A DNA stretch of 64,000 nucleotides from Bacillota bacterium (lineage in GTDB: Bacteria; Armatimonadota; HRBIN16). The stretch is from assembly GCA_023511455.1 (NCBI GenBank), contig JAIMBJ010000003.1, positions 185,093-249,092 on the forward strand, in the 5' to 3' direction. The notes beneath the pieces were generated by a model. It made no database searches and was not told the origin of the DNA. It saw only the letters and a program-made list of their open reading frames with translations. The position numbers and the translations under genes are program-made. Below, one piece after another: positions 8,990 to 18,380 of this stretch (positions within the stretch are counted from its first letter, which is position 1; the number at the start of each line of letters is the position of its first letter).

Positions 8990-10441
8990 TCACAGGATAT
9001 AGCGGCTCAAATCCTCGCTGCGCAGCACGTCTGCCAGCCGCTCGCGCACATATTCAGCGGTGATGGTGACCGTTTGTCCAGCCAGTTCGCTGGCGCGGAA
9101 GGAGATGTCCTCCAGCACACGCTCCATCACCGTGTGCAATCGGCGTGCGCCGATGTTCTCGCTGGTGCTGTTCACCTGCGCGGCGATGGCGGCGATTTCA
9201 CGGATAGCGTCGTCAGTAAACTCCAGTTCCACTCCCTCTGTTGCCAGCAGGGCTTTGTACTGTTTCACCAGGGCGTTCTGCGGCTCGGTCAGGATGCGCA
9301 CGAAATCCTGCTCGCTCAGGCTGTCGAGTTCCACACGGATGGGCAGACGTCCCTGAAGCTCGGGGATGAGGTCACTGGGTTTGGAGACATGGAACGCTCC
9401 TGCGGCAATGAACAGGATATGGTTCGTGCGCACCGCGCCAAACTTGGTCATCACCGTCGAGCCTTCGATGATGGGCAGCAGGTCACGCTGTACCCCTTCG
9501 CGCGACACGTCGGGACCGTAGCCCTGCTCGCGTCCGGCGATTTTATCCAGTTCATCGATGAAGATAATACCGCTCTCCTCCGCACGGCGGATGGCTTCGC
9601 TCACGACCTGCTCACGGTCAATGAGCTCGCGGGCAGCCTCCTGCGTCAGTATCTGCTTTGCCTCGCGGATGGTTACCTTGGTGGTGCGCCTCCGTCCACC
9701 CATCATCCCGCGCAGCATATCGGGCAGGTCCAGACCCATCTCTTCCATGCCCTGCGGACCGAACACCTGCACAAACGGCATAGGCGGGCCGGACTGCTCC
9801 ACCTCTATCTCTATCTTTTCATCGTCCATCGTGCCGCTGCGCACCCGTTCCATCAGCTTCTCACGCATCCGGCGTTCGCGCTCGCGCCGCTCCTTTGCCG
9901 CCAGGGACGTGTCCTCCTCTTCCTCCTTATACTCCTCCTCGTAGAGCGCACGGAACAGACGTTCGAATGGAGTTCCGGACTGGACACTGCGTCGCGAGCG
10001 GCGAGGCATGAGCCTGTCCACGATTCGTTCGATGGCTATCTCTTCCGCACGGGCACGCACCTCTTCTATCTTTTCGCTCTCCACCATCCGTACAGCCGTC
10101 TGGACGAGGTCGCGTATCATCGAGTCCACATCCCGCCCGACGTACCCCACCTCGGTGAACTTGGTGGCTTCTACCTTCAGGAACGGAGCCTTGACCAGCT
10201 GGGCGATGCGCCTCGCGATTTCCGTCTTACCAACGCCGGTAGGACCAATCATCAGGATGTTTTTGGGGATAACCTCTTCGCGCAGGTCCTCAGACAGGCG
10301 TTTGCGCCGATAGCGGTTGCGCAGGGCGATGGCAACGGCGCGTTTTGCCTTCTGTTGCCCGATGATGTATTTGTCCAGTTCCTCCACAATCCGCTGGGGC
10401 GTCAAATCCTCTTCCATGTTGAACTCCTCCACGATGTTCAT
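8990..10441 (-). CDS. hslU: ATP-dependent protease ATPase subunit HslU
   Basis: 483 aa. Walker [14 protein letters not shown] and the typical HslU N-terminus [17 protein letters not shown]. Confidence 0.9.
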   Translation of the reverse strand: MNIVEEFNMEEDLTPQRIVEELDKYIIGQQKAKRAVAIALRNRYRRKRLSEDLREEVIPKNILMIGPTGVGKTEIARRIAQLVKAPFLKVEATKFTEVGYVGRDVDSMIRDLVQTAVRMVESEKIEEVRARAEEIAIERIVDRLMPRRSRRSVQSGTPFERLFRALYEEEYKEEEEDTSLAAKERRERERRMREKLMERVRSGTMDDEKIEIEVEQSGPPMPFVQVFGPQGMEEMGLDLPDMLRGMMGGRRRTTKVTIREAKQILTQEAARELIDREQVVSEAIRRAEESGIIFIDELDKIAGREQGYGPDVSREGVQRDLLPIIEGSTVMTKFGAVRTNHILFIAAGAFHVSKPSDLIPELQGRLPIRVELDSLSEQDFVRILTEPQNALVKQYKALLATEGVELEFTDDAIREIAAIAAQVNSTSENIGARRLHTVMERVLEDISFRASELAGQTVTITAEYVRERLADVLRSEDLSRYIL

Positions 10442-10971
10442 TCGATGCTCTCACACTGTACTTTGTCGTTGGTATAGATGCACAGCTCCGCCGCAATGCG
10501 CATGGATTCCAGTGCGATTTCCTTTGCGGACAGAGAGGTGTGCCGCATCAGTGCACGTGCTGCAGCTGCAGCGTACGCCCCTCCACTGCCGATAGCCAGC
10601 ACGTGATCATCGGGTTCAATCACGTTGCCATCACCCGAAATGAGCAGCAGGTCGTCGCGGTCTGCGACAATCATCATGGCTTCCAGGCGGCGCAGGATTC
10701 GGTCGGTGCGCCACTCTTTCGCAAACTCCACCGCCGCCCGGCGCAGGTTGCCATTCGTGGCTTCCAGCTTGGCTTCGAAGCGGTCTGCCAGTGCCTGCGC
10801 GTCGGCGACTGCCCCGGCGAATCCAGCCAGTACGCGGTCGTGATACATGCGGCGGATTTTACGCGCGGTATGTTTCAACACGGTCTGGTCGTAAGTTACC
10901 TGTCCGTCGGCGGCGACGGCTACCTGCCCATTGCGCCGAACGGCGATGACGGTGGTATGATGCCAGGTCAT
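10438..10971 (-). CDS. hslV: ATP-dependent protease subunit HslV
   Basis: 177 aa. The N-terminal [10 protein letters not shown] provides the catalytic Thr after Met removal. There is a 4-bp overlap with hslU. Confidence 0.9.
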   Translation of the reverse strand: MTWHHTTVIAVRRNGQVAVAADGQVTYDQTVLKHTARKIRRMYHDRVLAGFAGAVADAQALADRFEAKLEATNGNLRRAAVEFAKEWRTDRILRRLEAMMIVADRDDLLLISGDGNVIEPDDHVLAIGSGGAYAAAAARALMRHTSLSAKEIALESMRIAAELCIYTNDKVQCESIE

Positions 10972-11085
10972 TCCGCTACTCCTGCGGTGAGTTTCCCTCC
11001 TTTAGTATAGCATATTACAGGGGGTGAATGTGACCTCCGGGTACGAAACCCTCGTCGCACGCAAGGAGATTAACCCGCGTTGGGG

Positions 11086-11113
11086 GGAGGGTCACGAGGG
11101 AGCGTGACCCTCC
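11086..11113 (-). terminator. Perfect 11-bp GC-rich hairpin (GGAGGGTCACG-agggag-CGTGACCCTCC) just after the URO-D gene and ahead of hslVU
   Basis: The stem is read directly from the sequence. No U-tract follows, so it may be a terminator or an RNA-processing element in a high-GC genome. Confidence 0.4.
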
Positions 11114-11119
11114 AGACCG

Positions 11120-12259
11120 CTATCTGTGCAGCGTTGCTTTCACCTCTTCCCAGTTCGGTGGGTCGGGAATACCAAACATCTTGCGCTTCGTCTCCAGATA
11201 GAACAGGTAGTTCTCGTAAGTGACGTCGGGCGGGCATCGATGGTCTACGTGCGGGATGTATCCGCCCTCTTCTACGAGGGGTTTCAAGCGTTCCAGTTCT
11301 CTGACAATCGCCTCTTTGCCCGCTATGAGTTGCGTCTTGTCCACACCACCCATCAAAAGCACCGACTTGCCGAACTTCTTCCGAATCAACACGGGGTCAG
11401 AACCGCCCCGCACTTCCAGTGGAAACATCACGTTCACCCCGCCCGCCAGCCAGTGCTCCACCAGCTGCAGGATGTTACCGTCGCAGTCCACATACACGAT
11501 GTCGATACCGAAGCGTTCGCGGAGAGCGTCCGTGATGCGTTTGTAGCGGGGCGTCATCCACTGGCGGAACAGTTTCGGCGAGATGATGGGCCCCTTGTTG
11601 AACGCCATATCCTCCCAGAACGAGGCGTAGTCCAGTTCGACATCGGCGGGGATTTTGTGGATAGCGGTCAATGCCATCTGCGTGAGATGCTCCATTATCT
11701 CTTCCACGAGGTCGGGCTGGTCTACACAGGCATAAGAGACCCCCTCAAAACCCATCCAGTCGCGAATCCAGCCAAACAGGCTTCCGCAGTACACCCCCAG
11801 AGGATAGTCGCGGTTTGCCACTGATTGCTTCCACTGCTCCCAGTCGGCAGGATAGCGACGCGGGTCATCGGGGTCCAGGCGTTTTTTGAACTCCAGCCAG
11901 TCCTCCCGGCTTTTGATGGGGAACTCGAGGTAGTGGGGGATGGTGGATGTGCCGTCCTTGTACACGATGCTTTTCACGCCTGTCCCGTCGATCTGGAGGC
12001 GGTATCGGTCGGTCTCTTCGAGCACTTTGGCTTCGAAGGGCGGTATCAATCCCAGGTTGATCGGCACGCCTGCGCGCGGTGCGAAACCGAAGAACTGATT
12101 GGCCTTCCACTCTTCGTCCACCCATTCAGGCAATCCCTGTTTGTGCCACTCGGCGTATGTCTCCGTCCAGTAACCGAACTCCTCATCGGGCACGTGGTCT
12201 ACTGGCTCGTAGTGAAAGGTCCTCAGCCAGCGTTCGCGATGCGTTAAAGTTTCTCCCAT
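11120..12259 (-). CDS. Uroporphyrinogen decarboxylase (URO-D) family protein, MtaA/CmuA-like methyltransferase fold
   Basis: 379 aa. URO-D-like TIM-barrel similarity (…VYVDCDGNILQLVEHWLAGGVNVMFPLE…HVDHRCPPDV). Confidence 0.65.
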   Translation of the reverse strand: MGETLTHRERWLRTFHYEPVDHVPDEEFGYWTETYAEWHKQGLPEWVDEEWKANQFFGFAPRAGVPINLGLIPPFEAKVLEETDRYRLQIDGTGVKSIVYKDGTSTIPHYLEFPIKSREDWLEFKKRLDPDDPRRYPADWEQWKQSVANRDYPLGVYCGSLFGWIRDWMGFEGVSYACVDQPDLVEEIMEHLTQMALTAIHKIPADVELDYASFWEDMAFNKGPIISPKLFRQWMTPRYKRITDALRERFGIDIVYVDCDGNILQLVEHWLAGGVNVMFPLEVRGGSDPVLIRKKFGKSVLLMGGVDKTQLIAGKEAIVRELERLKPLVEEGGYIPHVDHRCPPDVTYENYLFYLETKRKMFGIPDPPNWEEVKATLHR

Positions 12260-12372
12260 CGGCTATGGTCTCCCTAAGGCACGTTGGTGTGAATCATTTC
12301 TGGAAGGATGTAGGCAAGTCCTGCGGAAGGGTGTTCTTGGCTCACTCGAAGGTTCGCCCTCCAAATGAGGAA

Positions 12373-13587
12373 TCAACGCCATCTGTAAGGCGAGGCTTCC
12401 ACTGGGCTGTAAACTCGTCCTCCGGATGAAGCAGCTTTGCGTCGCAAACGACCAACCTCTTCCGCGATGACCTCCGCCGCGAAATCTACCTCGTCTGGCG
12501 TGTTGCCCCTACCCAGACTGAGGCGAACGGTGCTCATCGCCTTCGCTTCGTCCATCCCCAGCGCAAGCAGCACGTGCGACGGCTCAATAGACCCCGCACT
12601 GCATGCCGCCCCTGCGGAGGCAGCAACCCCACGCCGATCCAGAGCGATCAAGAGGCTCTCTGCCGAGATACCCTCAAAGGTCACGCTGAGGATGCCCGGA
12701 TGGCACTGCTGAGGGTGTCCATTCACCCGTATATCCGGCACCAAATCCTGCAGGCGTGTGCGCAGCCTATCGCGCAGTGCCCTGACCTTTTGCCATGCCG
12801 TCGCGTACCGGGTACGGCTCAGCTCCACTGCCCTGGCGAAACCAGCAATGCCGGGCACGTTCTCCGTGCCCGCACGCAGTTCGCGCTCCTGCGCTCCACC
12901 TACCAGAAGAGGCGCAATCTTGACCCCTCCACGGATATACAGTGCCCCAACGCCTTTCGGACCGTATAACTTGTGCGCTGAAACGGAGAGCATGTCCACG
13001 CCCAATTTCTCCACATCTATCTCCAGCAATCCAAAGGTTTGCACCGCGTCACAGTGCAGCCACACCCCCGCCTCGCGGCAGATGGCGGCGATTTCGCGGA
13101 TGGGCTGCAGGGTGCCGATTTCGTTGTTCGCGTGCATGACGCTGACCAGCCATGTCTCCTCACGCAGCGCATGACGCAGGTCATCGGGGTTCACCATACC
13201 CGTCGTGTCCACTGGCAGATAGGTGACGTCCCAACCGTCCTGCTGCAGTCGCTGGCAGGCGTGCAGTACCGCATGGTGTTCAATGGCAGTGGTGATGAGA
13301 TGCCTTTTATGTGGAGGAGCCACCCGCGCGGCCCCGAAAATCGCCATGTTGTTCGACTCGGTGCCGCCAGACGTGAAGAAAACCTCCGCGTCAAGACAGC
13401 CCAGAGCCTGCGACACGGTCGCCCGTGCCTCATCCAGCAGGTCGCGCGCCTTACGCCCGAACAGGTGCAGGCTGGAGGCGTTGCCCCAGCACTCCGCCAT
13501 TGCCTGTGCGACAGTTTCGCGCACTTCGGGGTCTATCGGTGTAGTCGCAGCGTGGTCTAAGTATACTGTTCGCATCTGCTTCACCAT
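12373..13587 (-). CDS. Cysteine desulfurase (NifS/IscS family)
   Basis: YLDHAATTP N-terminus, SAHKLYGPKGVGALY PLP-lysine region and catalytic Cys in GAACSAGS. Confidence 0.85.
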   Translation of the reverse strand: MVKQMRTVYLDHAATTPIDPEVRETVAQAMAECWGNASSLHLFGRKARDLLDEARATVSQALGCLDAEVFFTSGGTESNNMAIFGAARVAPPHKRHLITTAIEHHAVLHACQRLQQDGWDVTYLPVDTTGMVNPDDLRHALREETWLVSVMHANNEIGTLQPIREIAAICREAGVWLHCDAVQTFGLLEIDVEKLGVDMLSVSAHKLYGPKGVGALYIRGGVKIAPLLVGGAQERELRAGTENVPGIAGFARAVELSRTRYATAWQKVRALRDRLRTRLQDLVPDIRVNGHPQQCHPGILSVTFEGISAESLLIALDRRGVAASAGAACSAGSIEPSHVLLALGMDEAKAMSTVRLSLGRGNTPDEVDFAAEVIAEEVGRLRRKAASSGGRVYSPVEASPYRWR

Positions 13588-13667
13588 GCCGATTATACCC
13601 GTACGGCAGGAAATCGCCGACGCAGGCGCGAAGCGAAAGATGTGCTGCCGGAAGGAGGAGCGGACTC

Positions 13668-14486
13668 ATGGATATCGGTGTCATCAACAGCCTGACCAAC
13701 GGAGGCAGGTGTTTCGACCACGTCGCGCAGTTCGGGCTCAAAGTGTGCCAGCTTGCCTGCTGGGATACTTCCCTCGCCACGCGCGAGGTGGCGCAGGTGG
13801 TGGTAGAAGAATCGGCGAAGACCGGCGTAAGAGTGTGCGCGGTGTGGGCGGGCTGGAGCGGTCCCGCCGAATGGAACTTCACCCGCGGACCGATTACCCT
13901 GGGACTGGTGCCTCGCGAGTACAGGGCGCAACGGGTGGAGGAGCTGAAGCGATGGGCGGATTTTGCCTCGTGGATTGGTGCCCCTGCTATCATCACGCAC
14001 TGCGGCTTCATCCCCGAGAATATGACCGACCCCGAATACCCGCCGGTGGTGGACGCCATCTGTGGAGTGGCGCAGTATTGCCAGCAGCAGGGCATCGGCT
14101 TCTGGTTTGAGACGGGACAGGAGACGCCCGTGGTGTTGCTGCGTACCATCCAGCGCGTGGGTACCGACAATCTGGGCATCAATTTAGACCCCGCGAACCT
14201 GATTCTGTACGGCAAAGGCAACCCCATCGATGCGCTGGATGTGATTGGCAGGTGGGTGCGTAACGTGCATGTGAAGGACGGGCTGTACCCGACGGATGGC
14301 GACCATCTTGGACACGAGGTTCCTGTCGGGCAGGGGAAGGTGCGCTTTCCGGAGTTTCTCAGGCGTCTCAAGGAGATTGGCTTCGACGGCGAACTCATCA
14401 TCGAGCGCGAAATCAGCGGTGAGCAACAGATTCGCGACATACGTCAGGCGGTGAGCGACCTGCAGAGATGGCTGGCAGAGATTTGA
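13668..14486 (+). CDS. Sugar phosphate isomerase/epimerase (xylose isomerase-like TIM barrel)
   Basis: 272 aa. The fold is indicated by AIITHCGF...GIGFWFETGQE...HVKD. A GGAGGAG RBS is present. Confidence 0.7.
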   Translation: MDIGVINSLTNGGRCFDHVAQFGLKVCQLACWDTSLATREVAQVVVEESAKTGVRVCAVWAGWSGPAEWNFTRGPITLGLVPREYRAQRVEELKRWADFASWIGAPAIITHCGFIPENMTDPEYPPVVDAICGVAQYCQQQGIGFWFETGQETPVVLLRTIQRVGTDNLGINLDPANLILYGKGNPIDALDVIGRWVRNVHVKDGLYPTDGDHLGHEVPVGQGKVRFPEFLRRLKEIGFDGELIIEREISGEQQIRDIRQAVSDLQRWLAEI

Positions 14487-14532
14487 AACTATCTTTGCCA
14501 GAGACGTGTTCGAAGCTGTTCTGTGGTAAGCT

Positions 14533-14862
14533 ATGGATATAGACAAGATTAGACAATGTGTCCGTGAGTCACGTTATCTCTATAGTCAGCATGCGGAACA
14601 CAGACGCAAAACAGAGGGGCTTACCTTTGAGCAGATTGAGGAAGCTCTGCTTAGTGGTCAGATTATAGAGGACTACGCGGATACTGGTCGCGGTGAGAGC
14701 TGCCTCATTGTTGGCTTCAGTGGGTCTGTTGCCATCCATGCTGTATGCGGCCGGCGCGGAGACAAGGTTGTGATTATCACGGTCTATGTTCCGCGACCAC
14801 CGAAGTTCGTGGACCCGTGGACTCGAGGGAGTGTGTCTAGCGATGAACCAGAAAAAGTGTAA
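14533..14862 (+). CDS. DUF4258-family toxin-like protein
   Basis: 109 aa. It matches the DUF4258 pattern (…SQHAEHRRKTEGLTFEQIEEALLSGQIIEDY…VIITVYVP). Local GC is about 50% against about 65% in the flanks. Confidence 0.65.
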   Translation: MDIDKIRQCVRESRYLYSQHAEHRRKTEGLTFEQIEEALLSGQIIEDYADTGRGESCLIVGFSGSVAIHAVCGRRGDKVVIITVYVPRPPKFVDPWTRGSVSSDEPEKV

Positions 14863-15094
14863 CTTCTGTGGTAGCATCCGTTACGAAAACAGACGGATTG
14901 AATACCTATACAGTCATGAGGGCAAGTATTTACTTGTACCGGACATGCCTGTCGAAGTATGCCTCGAGTGTGGCATGATTTACTACGACGCCGCGGTACT
15001 GAAGGAGGTGGAACGGCGATTCTTTGCCATCCTCTCGGGCGTCGAAAAACCAGATCGGACTATCGAGGTGCCGGAAAAAGCTATTGCTTCTTAG
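14843..15094 (+). CDS. YgiT-type zinc-ribbon (MqsA N-terminal-like) antitoxin
   Basis: MNQKKCNFCGS…CLECGM gives a CxxC…CxxC zinc ribbon. The start overlaps the toxin 3' end by 20 nt. DUF4258 is the known partner of this domain. Confidence 0.6.
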   Translation: MNQKKCNFCGSIRYENRRIEYLYSHEGKYLLVPDMPVEVCLECGMIYYDAAVLKEVERRFFAILSGVEKPDRTIEVPEKAIAS

Positions 15095-15136
15095 GGGAAT
15101 TGTCTCAGTACGTCCTTTTACGGGAGGTCTATCTAC

Positions 15137-16579
15137 ATGATGAAAGACCTGGTGCTTCTGGCGATTGACACGGCAACGGCGAAGGGGGCAAGCTATGCCG
15201 ATGCGCGCGTGGTGCAGTATCGACGGCAATACATCGCCTGCGAGGACCAGCGCGTGAGCCAGCTGGTGGACAGCGAAGACTGGGGCATCGGCGTGCGGGT
15301 GATTGCCGACGGCGCATGGGGCTTTGCGGGCACCTCGGTGCTCACGCCGGAGGAGGTTCAGCGTGTGGCGGCGGAGGCGGTCGCCATCGCCAAAGCCAGC
15401 GCATCCGCGCGACGCAAGCCGGTGCAGCTCGCGCCCGAGCCGGTGCATCAGATAAGCTTCCGCTCGGCGTGCGAGGTAGACCCGTTCCATGTGCCGGTGG
15501 ATACGAAAGTGGGCTTGCTGTTGCAAATCAACGCGGCGCTGCTCAAGCACGCCGGAATCAAGAAGGCAACCAGCTACCTGCTGTTCAAGCGGGAGGAGCG
15601 CGTCTTCGCCAGTACCGAAGGCTCGCTGATGGATAGCATCATCTACACCACCGCCGCGAGCTACACCGCGACCGCCGTCGGGGAAGGGGACGCCCGCAGC
15701 CGCACCTACGCCCCTCCGCCCATGACGGAGGGCTACGAGAACATCAACGCGGAGGACCTGCTCGGCAACACGGAGCGCGTCGCCCAACAGGCGCTGGAAC
15801 ACCTGAAAGCACCTGAAGTGGACGACATGGTCACCGACCTGGTGCTGGACCCCCTGAATCTTGCGCTGACCATGCACGAGTCGGTCGGGCATCCGACGGA
15901 GCTGGATCGTGCGCTGGGCTATGAGGAGTCACTGGCGGGACGCAGCTTCGCCACCCCCGACAAGCTGCACACGTTGCAGTACGGCTCGCCCATCGTGAAC
16001 TTCGTGGCGGACAACACGCTGCCCGGCGGCTTAGCCACTCAAGGATTTGACGACGATGGCGTGGAGTGCCAGCGATGGTATGTCGTGAAGGACGGTATCT
16101 TCTGCGGTTACAGCACCAGCCGAGAGGTGGCGGCGGAAATCGGCATGCCGCGCAGCACCGGCTCCACCCGCGCGGACAGCTGGGGAAGCATCCCCATCGT
16201 GCGCCAGCCGAACCTGAGCTTGATGCCGGGTAAAGAGCCTCTCAGCCCCGAGGATCTGATTGCAGACACGAAGGACGGCATCTATATCGAGGGCATGGGC
16301 AGCTTCTCCATCGACCAGATGCGCCAGAACTTCCAGTTCGGGGGAGACGCCTTCTGGCGAATCAAAAACGGCAAGCTGGTGCACATGCTGAAAAACGTCA
16401 CCTACCACAGCATCACCGAGAAGTTTTGGAACTCGTGCGATGCCATCTGCGACGAGCGGTTCTGGGTGCCGAATGGCGTGTTGAACTGCGGCAAAGGCGA
16501 CCCGATGCAGATTGCGCAGATGACACACGGCGCGGCAACCGCTCGCTTCCGGCAGGTACAGGTACGAAGAGCAAGGTAA
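15137..16579 (+). CDS. tldD: TldD/PmbA family metalloprotease (solo copy)
   Basis: 480 aa. HESVGHPTE zinc-binding motif and GGDAFWRIKNG C-terminal region. Confidence 0.85.
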   Translation: MMKDLVLLAIDTATAKGASYADARVVQYRRQYIACEDQRVSQLVDSEDWGIGVRVIADGAWGFAGTSVLTPEEVQRVAAEAVAIAKASASARRKPVQLAPEPVHQISFRSACEVDPFHVPVDTKVGLLLQINAALLKHAGIKKATSYLLFKREERVFASTEGSLMDSIIYTTAASYTATAVGEGDARSRTYAPPPMTEGYENINAEDLLGNTERVAQQALEHLKAPEVDDMVTDLVLDPLNLALTMHESVGHPTELDRALGYEESLAGRSFATPDKLHTLQYGSPIVNFVADNTLPGGLATQGFDDDGVECQRWYVVKDGIFCGYSTSREVAAEIGMPRSTGSTRADSWGSIPIVRQPNLSLMPGKEPLSPEDLIADTKDGIYIEGMGSFSIDQMRQNFQFGGDAFWRIKNGKLVHMLKNVTYHSITEKFWNSCDAICDERFWVPNGVLNCGKGDPMQIAQMTHGAATARFRQVQVRRAR

Positions 16580-16582
16580 ACG

Positions 16583-16978
16583 CTAGGGAGTTAATAGACG
16601 CACGAAGCCTTCCTGCTCGAAATGGCGGTCGGTTGTCAGCGCCTCCTGCACTCCCTGCAGGCGCATCACCACGAAACTCACCGCATCGCACAATGAGTAG
16701 GTCTTGTCGGGACGATTATCGAGGAAGTTGACTGCGACGCGGTGCAGTTCGCGGTCTACCCACACAACCTGCACCATGTCGCTCTCGATCAGGTCCCGCA
16801 CGAAGGCTATTGCCTTGCCCCGGTCCAATCCACGCACATGACAGAGCGGGATGAACTCCGCAAGTACGTAATTATGGGTTACCCGTCTTACGGCGTTCTC
16901 AAAGAGAACTACCGCATCGTGGTGCTGCGGTTCGTCGCGATGGTGATAACACAACAGCCCCGACGTATCGAGAAACAC
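16583..16978 (-). CDS. vapC: PIN-domain ribonuclease toxin VapC
   Basis: MFLDTSGLL start with acidic residues typical of the PIN fold. 131 aa. Confidence 0.7.
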   Translation of the reverse strand: MFLDTSGLLCYHHRDEPQHHDAVVLFENAVRRVTHNYVLAEFIPLCHVRGLDRGKAIAFVRDLIESDMVQVVWVDRELHRVAVNFLDNRPDKTYSLCDAVSFVVMRLQGVQEALTTDRHFEQEGFVRLLTP

Positions 16979-17262
16979 TAACGCGCCTCCTCATGTGTAC
17001 TCGCATATTCACGTCCCAGATCGGCGTCGATGCACTCATTGTGCGCACCCGTTGGTCTGCCGAGACTTTGCGCTCCAGCATGACGCATTAGCCGCTCCAT
17101 CGCGGCGCGGCGTTCCTCCTCGCTCAGCACGGGCTGGGGACGCGGGCCGTATTTTAACAGAAACTCCATCACGCACTGCTCCACCGTGCGTCCGGTGAGC
17201 GCCGCCTCCCGCTCGCACGCCGCATAGACCTCATCGGGCACCTGAATCGTGAGTGTCTTCAT
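16978..17262 (-). CDS. vapB: Ribbon-helix-helix antitoxin (VapB/CopG-like)
   Basis: MKTLTIQVPDEVYAACEREAALTGRTVEQCVMEFL is an RHH pattern. A GGAGGTG RBS is present and there is a 1-bp overlap with vapC. The internal start is chosen over the longer tracker ORF. Confidence 0.55.
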   Translation of the reverse strand: MKTLTIQVPDEVYAACEREAALTGRTVEQCVMEFLLKYGPRPQPVLSEEERRAAMERLMRHAGAQSLGRPTGAHNECIDADLGREYASTHEEAR

Positions 17263-17305
17263 CCCTTTCACCTCCCCGCTGTCAGGATACTTTTGGAACG
17301 CTGGT

Positions 17306-18352
17306 TTATTCGTCCCCCGTCGCGCCAAAGTTGCGTACGAGGATGCCGAAGTCAAAGAGGGTCACCTCCTCGTCTCCGTCCAGGTCCGCATCGGGGTTCC
17401 AGTTGCCATCGCCCGGCACCGAACCGAACGCCGCCACCAGCGCGCCGAAGTCGAAGAGGGTCACTTCGTTATCGCCGTCGATATCGCCGTTGGTCAGGGT
17501 AAAGTCCACTGTAGCGTCGCCGGCGATGGAGACGTTTGCCACGGTCTGGCGCAGCCAGTGCGATGCCTTTGCCGACACGTCGAACGTCCCACGCAGCAGG
17601 GTCTGGAAAGAGTATCTGCCTTCGTCGTCCAGATTCACCGCGTGCGTCTCCAGCGGGTCGGTGGAGCCGGGATTGCGCACCTCGATGGTAACCGGCACTA
17701 AAGTCCTGTCGCCAGCGTATTCTTGCAGGGTCACTGTTCCGCTGATTCGGGCGGTTGACCTTCCTTCGATGGTAAACGCCAGGTCCTGTTCGGTCAGCCA
17801 GCCTCCGCCGACAGGGTTGCCCCCGAATCCCCAGCCGCCGCCGGGGTTGTGCAGGTAGAAAGGCTCGCCCTGCGTGGGACTGGTGCGCAGCCAGAACCAT
17901 TGCCCGCCCGGCTCGAAGGGACGGCGTACCCACGCGCTGAGGTAGTAAGTGCCCGGCGGCAGGTAGAAGCCGTTGAGGTCAAACACGAGGTTCGCCCGCC
18001 GACGCAGTGGAGGCTCCCCCGGCTCCAGCACCACCTCACTGCCGACGGCAACCACATCCAGCACGTCCACATGCGGCGCGGGCGAGATGGAAAGATAAAC
18101 GCCGAGATTGTAGCGCGTATCGCCCTGTTCGCTGCCGTACACCGTCACGCGATCGATCCACCAGCCCGGTTCGGGCACGGTGAAGTCGTCAAACAGCCAC
18201 ACCGAGTAGATACGGTAGTCCGTGTCGGTGAACTCCTGCGCGGGGCTACCCCGACTCACGCCATCCCACGGCTGGTCCCACAGCACATCGGCGCGAAGCG
18301 CGGGCGCGCTCCACACCAGCGCTGCCAGTACTGCAAGTGCAAACCGTTTCAT
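17306..18352 (-). CDS. Secreted protein with two C-terminal dockerin-type (EF-hand-like) repeats
   Basis: Signal peptide MKRFALAVLAALVWSAPALRA. The repeats are DIDGDNEVTLFDFGALVAAFG and DLDGDEEVTLFDFGILVRNFG (DxDGDxxVxxxD plus helix). An AGGAGGA RBS is present. Confidence 0.6.
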   Translation of the reverse strand: MKRFALAVLAALVWSAPALRADVLWDQPWDGVSRGSPAQEFTDTDYRIYSVWLFDDFTVPEPGWWIDRVTVYGSEQGDTRYNLGVYLSISPAPHVDVLDVVAVGSEVVLEPGEPPLRRRANLVFDLNGFYLPPGTYYLSAWVRRPFEPGGQWFWLRTSPTQGEPFYLHNPGGGWGFGGNPVGGGWLTEQDLAFTIEGRSTARISGTVTLQEYAGDRTLVPVTIEVRNPGSTDPLETHAVNLDDEGRYSFQTLLRGTFDVSAKASHWLRQTVANVSIAGDATVDFTLTNGDIDGDNEVTLFDFGALVAAFGSVPGDGNWNPDADLDGDEEVTLFDFGILVRNFGATGDE

Positions 18353-18380
18353 CCTTCCTTCCTCCTTTCAGCAGGCTATG

